In this document: positions 9,187-15,994 of the stretch, piece by piece
Position numbering within the stretch: position 1 is the stretch's first letter
Layout of the letters: each line of letters begins with the position of its first letter
Assembly (NCBI GenBank): GCA_043818275.1
Contig: JBDRFY010000022.1
Coordinates: forward strand, 1 to 20,607
Direction of reading: 5' to 3'
Length of the DNA: 20,607 nucleotides
From: a bacterium
Lineage (GTDB): Bacteria; Babelota; Babeliae; Babelales; JAUWHS01
Program-made: the position numbers and the translations under genes
Notes under the pieces: generated by a model
Seen by the model: the letters and a program-made list of their open reading frames with translations, nothing else
Database searches by the model: none
What the model was told of the DNA's origin: nothing

Positions 9187-9636
9187 TTATGGTTTTAGTT
9201 TCCCGGTATAAAAATTTAGAATTTTGTAGAAGTTAAAAATAATATCTCTGGAAATTATATCTGCAGTCTCTTCTTTGTAAATATGTGATGATAAATTCCT
9301 GCTTTTTAGCATATCAATAAAGTTTTCGCTATCATTTTCTGTTATTAAATTAGCCTTGCATCCTTCACGTATTATGTCCATTGGAGTATTTGAAACAGGT
9401 TTAACTTTTTTAATTTCGGTTAAGTAAAATTTTAGATATTTCCAAAAAAGTTCAACTGAAAATTCGAATCTTTGTATTAAAGAATCTCGCGCGGCGGTAT
9501 ATAAATTATCATATTCAAAATATTGCAATTTGTTTTTATCGCTTAAATTTTTAACCTTTTCCAGGTGTTCAATCGCGGAATTTAATGAGTTTATGGCTAA
9601 ACATAAAGATTCATATTTTAATTTTAATTTTTCCAC
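9187..9636 (-). CDS. HEPN toxin / nucleotidyltransferase substrate-binding protein (HI0074 family)
   Basis: RDSLIQRFEFSVELFWK and RNLSSHIY, which matches RX4HXY. Overlaps the MNT gene by 13 nt. Confidence 0.9.
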   Translation of the reverse strand: MEKLKLKYESLCLAINSLNSAIEHLEKVKNLSDKNKLQYFEYDNLYTAARDSLIQRFEFSVELFWKYLKFYLTEIKKVKPVSNTPMDIIREGCKANLITENDSENFIDMLKSRNLSSHIYKEETADIISRDIIFNFYKILNFYTGKLKP

Positions 9637-9917
9637 AAGATTCCCTCTTTTAATATTTCATTTTTTAGCTTTTCAGATGTTGTGTTTATATCAACAATAT
9701 CTACAAATAAAGGGATTGACGTTTGTTCTATTTCATCCTGAATTTTAAAAATGATTTTTAATTCAATTTTTTCTTTGTTGTCAAGGGCTAGGTCTATATC
9801 GGATCCTTCATGATGTGTTTGTGTTGCCCGTGAACCGAAAAGATAAATTTTACTGTTGGGTAAATATTTTGTGATTATGTCGATTAGGATTTCTTTGTAT
9901 TTTTCTTTAATATTCAT
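9624..9917 (-). CDS. Minimal nucleotidyltransferase (MNT) antitoxin
   Basis: YLFGSRATQTHHEGSDIDL matches GSX10DXD. VDIV provides the third Asp. Confidence 0.92.
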   Translation of the reverse strand: MNIKEKYKEILIDIITKYLPNSKIYLFGSRATQTHHEGSDIDLALDNKEKIELKIIFKIQDEIEQTSIPLFVDIVDINTTSEKLKNEILKEGILWKN

Positions 9918-9980
9918 TTTAATAAAAGGGTTAATGATTTTATTGATTTAGGTTATGGTTAATATAGCATATATTATTTA

Positions 9981-10366
9981 ACCCAAGTTGCTACCTTTGA
10001 AATTTATATAAATAAACCCTGATAAGGGTTTTAGTTAATAGCCTTCAGCCTACGCAAATGCTTCGGCGGACAGGCTGGGTTTTAACCCGTGGTATTGATA
10101 AAAAATATATTGCCACCCCATTTTATGGAGGTGGCAGAAATTAAAAAAATTCTATCACCACCATTTCTCTTTCGCACAAGGCTTCAAAGAATCAATCCTA
10201 CGAAGCTTTAGCGAAGGAGGAAAAATGGGGTGAATTTATATGTTTAATTATAACCACGGGTTAAAACCCAGCCTGTCCGCCGAAGTGCCGCTATTTGCGG
10301 TACGTAGGCTGAAGGCTAATAACTGTAGCCCCTTTGGGGCAAAAATTTATAGGTAGCAACTTGAGT
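9981..10366. mobile_element. MITE-like element 1 (386 bp) with nested inverted repeats
   Basis: TIRs ACCCAAGTTGCTACCT (9981-9996) and AGGTAGCAACTTGAGT (10351-10366), 15/16 complementary. Flanked by the direct repeat TATTTA (9975-9980, 10367-10372). Inner perfect 33-bp IR at 10061-10093/10253-10285 and 16-bp IR at 10039-10054/10303-10318. Confidence 0.8.
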
Positions 10367-10404
10367 TATTTAGTAAATAAAAATTATCAGGTGAAAGGAT
10401 GTAA

Positions 10405-11358
10405 ATGCAGAAAAAGGTTATAGTTTTGGGGGCCGGGGCGTTTGGCACAGCGATTGCAAATTTACTGTCAGATAACAGGGAAGAAGTTTTTTTGCTGTGT
10501 CATGAACCCGAAGTTTATGCTGATATCAATCAAAATCATGAAAACAGTCTTTTTTTACCAGATGTAAAATTAAATTCAAACATAATCGCAACAAATGAGG
10601 TGAAAGATCTTTTAACAAAAGATAGTGTTGTTTTTGAGGCGATCCCAGTTAAATTTCTGCGTTCTGTTTTAAAAAAAATTAAAAAAAATGCAACTGAAGA
10701 ACAATTATGGGTTTGTTTAAGCAAAGGTATGGAGCAGGAAACTTTTTTACTTCCAAGTCAAATTATTGATGATGAATTTGGTTTTGAAACAAAAAAAGCG
10801 GCTCTTTACGGTCCTGATTTTGCAAAAGAATTGGGTGAACGAAAATTTTCTGCGGCTGATTTAGTTTGCAAAGATGATGAATTGAGAAAAAATCTGGTAA
10901 AAACACTGGAAAATAATTATTTTAAAACATTTTATTCAGATGATTTAATTGGTTTGCAACTTGGAGGGGTAATCAAAAACATCTTAACGATTCTTATTGG
11001 AATTGCCCAGGGTAAAGATTTGGGGCAAAATTTTAAAGCTTTTTTACTGACAAAAGGATTTGAGCAAAGCGCGAAACTGGTTGAAATTTTAGGTGGCAAA
11101 AAAGAAACGATTTATGGACTTTCTGGTTTTGGCGATCTGATTTTAACCGCAACTTCAGGATTGAGTAAAAATTTAAGAGCTGGAATTTTGTTGGGGCAAC
11201 GGCAGGATCCGCAAGATTTATATAAATATTTTGATGTTTTGCCAGAAGGTTTTAATTCAGCTGAATCGGTTTATCATCTGATTCAAAAAAGAAATCTTGA
11301 TTTGCCTTTTTTTAAAAATGCTTATCAGGTTATTTTTGAGGGTAAAGATCTCTATTAA
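10405..11358 (+). CDS. gpsA: NAD(P)H-dependent glycerol-3-phosphate dehydrogenase
   Basis: GAGAFGTA Rossmann motif, SKGME, GP.FA.E, GGVIKN, GLSGFGDLILT and PEG. Confidence 0.93.
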   Translation: MQKKVIVLGAGAFGTAIANLLSDNREEVFLLCHEPEVYADINQNHENSLFLPDVKLNSNIIATNEVKDLLTKDSVVFEAIPVKFLRSVLKKIKKNATEEQLWVCLSKGMEQETFLLPSQIIDDEFGFETKKAALYGPDFAKELGERKFSAADLVCKDDELRKNLVKTLENNYFKTFYSDDLIGLQLGGVIKNILTILIGIAQGKDLGQNFKAFLLTKGFEQSAKLVEILGGKKETIYGLSGFGDLILTATSGLSKNLRAGILLGQRQDPQDLYKYFDVLPEGFNSAESVYHLIQKRNLDLPFFKNAYQVIFEGKDLY

Positions 11359-11368
11359 TTTATCCTTA

Positions 11369-11768
11369 GCCGAATCAGGAAATTAATTTTATAAAACCAA
11401 TATTTGTAATTTGACATTTAATAGCAATTGGCAAGCCCATGAAATGGGCGACATTTGTTAGCCCAGTGCAAAACGCAAAGCGTTGCAGCTCTGGGTATAA
11501 AATTACAGACCTAACTAGCCCCCGTAGGGGCGACACATAACGTTATCTGTTTGTTTTTATGTGTCGCCCCTACGGGGCTTAATTTATTTTTTATTCTTTT
11601 TCCCAGGGCTGCGAAAATTATCCACCTTCGTACCGCAAATAGCGGTACTTCGGCGGACAAGAATTTTCTTACCCTGGGCTAACAAATGTCGCCCTTTCAG
11701 GGCTTGTCAAAGTCATTATTAAATTGATAAACAAAGTCAAAGACTTATTTTTAATTTTCTGATTCGGC
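11369..11768. mobile_element. MITE-like element 2 (400 bp) with an 8-bp target-site duplication
   Basis: TIRs GCCGAATCAGGAAATTAA (11369-11386) and TTAATTTTCTGATTCGGC (11751-11768), 17/18 complementary. Direct repeat TATCCTTA at 11361-11368 and 11769-11776. Inner perfect 21-bp IRs at 11446-11466/11674-11694 and 11520-11540/11557-11577. Confidence 0.88.
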
Positions 11769-12572
11769 TATCCTTAAAAATTCAATATTGTTTTCTTTTA
11801 AAAAATTTCTTAATAAAAAAAAAGATCTCCATGTTTTTTTATCCAGAGTTTCTTTAAAAAAGGGTAGGGTTATTTTTTTGATATTTAGGATTTTACAGCT
11901 ATGCATAGCGCCATCTAAGTTTTTATGCGTTGGATTTTTTATAATTAAATTTTCAATTTTTGATTTTCCAAAATTTTGAATTAAAAACGGTTTTAATTCG
12001 AATTCTATCATTTTTTCCAGATTTTTTGTCTGATTAAAAAGACCGTTATCCACAATATTTATTTTTTGCGTTCCATCGATATTAATTAAAAGTTTTTTAT
12101 TAAAAGTTAAATTTGGATTGGTGTAAGGATAAAATTGTAAATATCCAAGCATTAATATTATTCCAAAAGTTAATGCGCAAATTTGTTTTTGATGAGAATT
12201 AATAAGTTTATTTTTTAAAAAATAAATAAAAAACAAAGCAATTAAAAAAAGTGGCCATGTTGGTGCTTTTGAAAAACCAAAAAGCCAGTCTTTACTACTT
12301 AAATTTAATATTTTATCCCAGAATAATGTTGTTTGATTTAATAAAAAAATTAGCCAATTGTTTGGTATACAGAGAAGTTGCGTGAAAAAAACTAAAGAGC
12401 TTAACATCAAAAAAATCATCAAAAAAGGAGTAAAGATTAAGTTGCCAAAAAAAGACATGACTGAAAGTTCAAGGCCCCAGTTTACAAGAACGGGAATCAT
12501 AGCAAGAGTGACTATGAGTTGGGCTAACAAAAAATTTTTAAAATATTTAGCGGTCTTATTTTTTATGTTCAT
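11751..12572 (-). CDS. ComEC/Rec2-like C-terminal fragment (end of the Competence domain plus a degenerate soluble tail)
   Basis: AQLIVTLAMIPVL..WG..LSVMSFFGNLIFTP resembles the ComEC AQ.ATLP...F...S...NL..P motif. Multiple TM helices; ATGA overlap with holB. Confidence 0.65.
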   Translation of the reverse strand: MNIKNKTAKYFKNFLLAQLIVTLAMIPVLVNWGLELSVMSFFGNLIFTPFLMIFLMLSSLVFFTQLLCIPNNWLIFLLNQTTLFWDKILNLSSKDWLFGFSKAPTWPLFLIALFFIYFLKNKLINSHQKQICALTFGIILMLGYLQFYPYTNPNLTFNKKLLINIDGTQKINIVDNGLFNQTKNLEKMIEFELKPFLIQNFGKSKIENLIIKNPTHKNLDGAMHSCKILNIKKITLPFFKETLDKKTWRSFFLLRNFLKENNIEFLRIAESEN

Positions 12573-13336
12573 GCTTTGGGAAATGATAAAAAGATGTTTT
12601 TTAAAAAAAGGTTGGCACTTCCAGATTGCGGTGGCTTTCTTAATTTGTTTTTTAAAAAAGATTCTATTTCTTTATATGTTTCAAGTTCATTGTGTCCTTG
12701 TTGTTCTTTGTAAATATTAATAATTTTTTTTGAAAAATGATTAAGAAGGGTATTTATTAACTCTGTTGCCTGAGAATCTGTTAATTTTTGTTTTTTAAGT
12801 TCTGAATCAAAAGAAAAATGATCAGATAATTTTTTTTCATCAATAAAAAAAGATAAAATTGGATCAGTTTCAATATTTTCTTGTTCAATATGACTAAAAT
12901 TGCTGATAAGACACCTTGATTTTATTGTTGGTAAAATATTGTTTTCATTTTTTGTTAATAAAATAAAGTTAAAACCTGTTGGCGGTTCTTCCAAGACTTT
13001 TAAAAGCCGGTTTGCGGTTGCAGGTGTTAGGTTTTCGGCGTTTTGTAAAACAAAAAAGAAATTTTGATTTTCATCCAGACTAAATTTTATTTTTTCAAAA
13101 ATTATTTCGATATCATCGATAACATAATCCTTTTCAGGATCTATCCAGATTAAAGATTCATGTTGTCGCTTTTTTATTTTTTGACATTGATTGCAAAAAC
13201 AGGTTTTTATTTGATCTGCTTGCCATTCGTAGCTGTTTTTGCAAAAAAAAGACTGAATGTAATTTTCTGCCGATTCTTCTGTTTTTCCTTCAGATCCGAC
13301 AAAAAGTTGTGTTGGAATTAATGTTTTAATGTTCAT
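12569..13336 (-). CDS. holB: DNA polymerase III delta-prime subunit (short)
   Basis: Zn cluster (FC...CFCNQC), AENLTPATANRLLKVLEEPP and LPTIKSRC motifs; downstream of tmk. Confidence 0.88.
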   Translation of the reverse strand: MNIKTLIPTQLFVGSEGKTEESAENYIQSFFCKNSYEWQADQIKTCFCNQCQKIKKRQHESLIWIDPEKDYVIDDIEIIFEKIKFSLDENQNFFFVLQNAENLTPATANRLLKVLEEPPTGFNFILLTKNENNILPTIKSRCLISNFSHIEQENIETDPILSFFIDEKKLSDHFSFDSELKKQKLTDSQATELINTLLNHFSKKIINIYKEQQGHNELETYKEIESFLKNKLRKPPQSGSANLFLKNIFLSFPKA

Positions 13337-13348
13337 TTTAATCCTATG

Positions 13349-13519
13349 TTTTATTCTACTTCGCCAGAATACCCTAGGCTTTCTTGTCCTCCGAAGCTTT
13401 AGCGAAGGAGGGTTGGCTTCCCCTTCTTCGTGTAAAACTTCGCAGGGTGCTCCGAAGCTTTATGCGAAGGATGCAGAAGAATTCCGCGCTGATACAACGG
13501 CTTTTAAGCCGTTGAGCGC
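13349..13519. repeat. Cluster of small palindromic repeats between the truncated hicB and holB
   Basis: Family B copy CTTGTCCTCCGAAGCTTTAGCGAAGGAGG (13383-13411), an imperfect inverted doublet at about 13424-13471, and the hairpin GCGCT-gata-CAACGGCTT-tt-AAGCCGTTG-AGCGC (13486-13519). Confidence 0.75.
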
Positions 13520-13626
13520 TTCATTGCTTCTTCAAGACTACTTCCTTGCGACGCAACATCAACATTTAGACATTGAGCAACAAAATCGTTATTTTCTTTC
13601 CACACAACATAATTAACTGTTTTCAT
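13504..13626 (-). pseudogene. hicB: Truncated HicB-like antitoxin, 40 aa (MKTVNYVVWKENNDFVAQCLNVDVASQGSSLEEAMKRSTA)
   Basis: Not in the ORF track. AAAGGA RBS and a HicB-type V.W.E...FVAQC...DVASQG.SLEEA pattern. The expected NL.EA.ELY helix is replaced by a palindrome that supplies the stop codon. Confidence 0.8.
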
Positions 13627-13642
13627 AAAAAAATTCCTTTAT

Positions 13643-14254
13643 TTAGTTATTTAGTTTTTCGCATGTTTGTTTTGCAAGTATATCTGGCGGTAAATTTCCA
13701 TCAACAATGATCACATTTTTTTTATTTTTAAATATTTCTTCATAACCTTTTATCACCTTATTCCAGAAATCTATTTTTTCTTTTTCAAATGAGGTAAGTT
13801 TTTCGTTTCTTTTTCCAATTCTTTGCAGCGCGGTTTGCGTGTCAATTTTTACGTAAATAATAAAATCAGGTTCAATGTTTTGCATAGCCCATTTGTTTGT
13901 TTTTTTTATCATTTCAATATCAAGGCCGCGGCCGTAGCCCTGATAAGCCAATGATGAATCACTCAACCGGTCTGAAATGACAATTTTATTTTCTTTTAAC
14001 GCTGAAATTATAATTTGTTTGAAATGTTGCGCTCTGTCAGCGGCAAAAAGTAGGTATTCGGATAAATCACAAGTTAAATCTTTTTCTTCATGTAAAATGG
14101 CGCGTAATTTTTTACCTAAACTTGTCCCGCCAGGTTCCTGAGTTAATAAAATTTCCTGTTTTTTTTCTTCAAAGTTTAACTTTAAGTTTTGCGCCAATGT
14201 TGTTTTTCCACAGCCATCGATACCTTCAATTGAAATCAGTATTCCTTTTTCCAC
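13643..14254 (-). CDS. tmk: Thymidylate kinase
   Basis: EGIDGCGKTT P-loop, EPGG, LFAADRAQH and DRLSDSSLAYQGYGRG. Start moved to GTG 14254, which has an AAAGGA RBS overlapping the degT stop. Confidence 0.95.
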   Translation of the reverse strand: MEKGILISIEGIDGCGKTTLAQNLKLNFEEKKQEILLTQEPGGTSLGKKLRAILHEEKDLTCDLSEYLLFAADRAQHFKQIIISALKENKIVISDRLSDSSLAYQGYGRGLDIEMIKKTNKWAMQNIEPDFIIYVKIDTQTALQRIGKRNEKLTSFEKEKIDFWNKVIKGYEEIFKNKKNVIIVDGNLPPDILAKQTCEKLNN

Positions 14255-14264
14255 TTTTAATCCT

Positions 14265-15488
14265 TTAAAGTGATAACTGAAGTTCTTGATTTTCGTTTTT
14301 TTCAAACTGTTTTGTTTTACATATCTCAATAATTTTATCACAAATATATACAACTTCATCCACTTCAAGTTCAGGCCAAACGGGCAAGGCCAAAATAGCT
14401 TGAGTCAGTTTTTTCGCGATTGGACAATCTGTTTTTAAATGTTGATTTGTGTTCAAAAAATCAATATCAGGCAGAATTTGTGGATAAAAAATTCGTGTAT
14501 CAATCCCATTTTCTTCCAATTTTTGTTGTAGTTCATTTCTAAAAATATTACCATTTTCATCTATTGCCTGAATGCAATATTGATGATAAACGTGTTTCCC
14601 TAAAATTTGTTGCGGTAAAATTATATTTTTTAAATTTTTTAATTTTTCATCGTATGTTTTTGCTATTTGGCGTCGGGAATTTATGTAATCTTCAAGATGA
14701 TTTAACTGAACGCTTAAAATTTCCGCCTGAATTCCATCAAGTCTGCTGTTTTTGCCTAACATATCATAATTATAATGAGATGCCCGACCATGATTTCTGA
14801 GTTTGTAAAGCGTTTCGGCTAATTTTGGATCACTTGTAACACAGCAACCCCCATCGCCAAAAGCGCCCAAATTTTTTGTTGGATAAAAAGAAAAACATCC
14901 AATGCTTCCGTGTGTTCCTGTTTTTTTTCCGTTGTAATTTGAACCAATCGCCTGACAGGCATCCTGAATAATCCACAGATTCCATTCGTCAGCTATTTTT
15001 TTTATTTTTTCATAATCGGCGCTTTGGCCAAAAATATCGACTGGTAAAATTCCGGTTACTTTATATTTTGTTTTTTTGTGTACCGTTATTCCATTCTTGA
15101 ATTCACAATTTTGAATTAACCAGGTTTGAATTTTTTCCGCGTCAATGTTGAAAGTTTTTTCATCGATATCAATAAAAACAGGATGCGCTTCATGCATAAC
15201 AACTTCACTGGCAGACGCAATAAAAGAAAAAGGAGTTGTTATTACAATATTATTTTTTTTAATATTAAGAGCTTTTAATGCTATCCACAAAGCATCCGTT
15301 CCGCTATTGCATGTTATGGTATGATTGATGTTTAAATAACTGGATAATTTTTGTTCCAGTTCCTGAACCGGTTTGCCTCCCACAAAATTTTGTGTAGATA
15401 AAATTTCCTGAAAAGATTTTTGAATATCAATTTCTAACTTTTTTATGTGTTTATCCAGAGAAAAAAAAGGAATTTTTTTCTTTGTCAT
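14265..15488 (-). CDS. DegT/DnrJ/EryC1/StrS PLP-dependent sugar aminotransferase
   Basis: NSGTDAL, DACQAIG, SFYPTKNLGAFGDGG (PLP lysine), NSRLD and HVYHQY motifs. Confidence 0.93.
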   Translation of the reverse strand: MTKKKIPFFSLDKHIKKLEIDIQKSFQEILSTQNFVGGKPVQELEQKLSSYLNINHTITCNSGTDALWIALKALNIKKNNIVITTPFSFIASASEVVMHEAHPVFIDIDEKTFNIDAEKIQTWLIQNCEFKNGITVHKKTKYKVTGILPVDIFGQSADYEKIKKIADEWNLWIIQDACQAIGSNYNGKKTGTHGSIGCFSFYPTKNLGAFGDGGCCVTSDPKLAETLYKLRNHGRASHYNYDMLGKNSRLDGIQAEILSVQLNHLEDYINSRRQIAKTYDEKLKNLKNIILPQQILGKHVYHQYCIQAIDENGNIFRNELQQKLEENGIDTRIFYPQILPDIDFLNTNQHLKTDCPIAKKLTQAILALPVWPELEVDEVVYICDKIIEICKTKQFEKNENQELQLSL

Positions 15489-15580
15489 TTTTTTCCTTAA
15501 AAATTTTTTTAAAATTCTTTACATGATTTATTTGAAAATGTTAAATACGAAGCAATGTGTTTTTTTAAAACATGAAATTG

Positions 15581-15608
15581 AAATTATCAGTATTAAAAAG
15601 ACTGTCAA
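15581..15608 (-). promoter_or_regulatory. Candidate sigma70 promoter for the degT-tmk-holB run
   Basis: Minus strand TTGACA (15608-15603), 16-nt spacer ending in TGa, then TAATTT. Confidence 0.4.
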
Positions 15609-15654
15609 TTTTTGTATGCAAATTCTATCTCAGTTGTGATTGTAAACTTATTCC

Positions 15655-15682
15655 TTGACATTTACTATGTACAAGTTAACTT
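15655..15682 (+). promoter_or_regulatory. Candidate sigma70 promoter for the giant gene
   Basis: TTGACA (15655-15660), 16-nt spacer, TAACTT. Divergent from the minus-strand candidate. Confidence 0.4.
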
Positions 15683-15738
15683 AATCTCTAGCTTAACATT
15701 TAGATTAAAAGTAGGTTAGGCTTAAAAAAGGAGAGGGT

Positions 15739-15852
15739 ATGAAAAACTTAAAGAATTTTTCTTTTCAGGGTTTATCTCTTTCAACCAGAAGTTCTCCTCT
15801 TCAAAATTATTTTCATCTTTTTTCATCTAAGCTTTATTTGCTTTCTTGTTAA
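15739..15852 (+). CDS. Possible 37-aa leader ORF (MKNLKNFSFQGLSLSTRSSPLQNYFHLFSSKLYLLSC)
   Basis: Strong AAGGAGAGGG RBS immediately before ATG 15739. No recognisable homology. Confidence 0.3.
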   Translation: MKNLKNFSFQGLSLSTRSSPLQNYFHLFSSKLYLLSC

Positions 15853-15994
15853 AACTTAAATTTTTTATGTGTTGTTAAAAAATTTGGAATTAAAAGTTAA
15901 AAAAAAAGAAAGGAGTAGAAAGAGGGACAAAAAAATAAGACAAAAAAATTGTGAGTTGTTTTAATTTGTTTTTCCTTGGAAAAGGAGAGAAAGG

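Noticed and set aside
9169..9198. hicA gene after hicB
   Set aside because: Only 9 codons (MSDFDCLWF) with no HicA similarity.
9981..11768. CRISPR array, tRNA or riboswitch reading of the GC-rich intergenic stretches
   Set aside because: The repeats are inverted and nested rather than regularly spaced direct repeats. There are no cas genes, cloverleaf or known aptamer motifs, and the TIR/TSD pattern fits mobile elements better.
13329..13616. 95-aa plus-strand ORF
   Set aside because: It is built from repeat translations (LRSFSEGG is the family B repeat) and is antisense to the hicB fragment and its operon.
14255..14368. N-terminal extension of tmk given in the ORF track
   Set aside because: It overlaps degT by ~100 nt, and GTG 14254 has a good RBS and gives a normal length.
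1770..15639. Other 60-160 aa ORFs overlapping pheT, lptC, kdsC, HAD, HEPN/MNT, gpsA, comEC-like and degT
   Set aside because: They are antisense or out-of-frame to well-supported genes and show no motifs.
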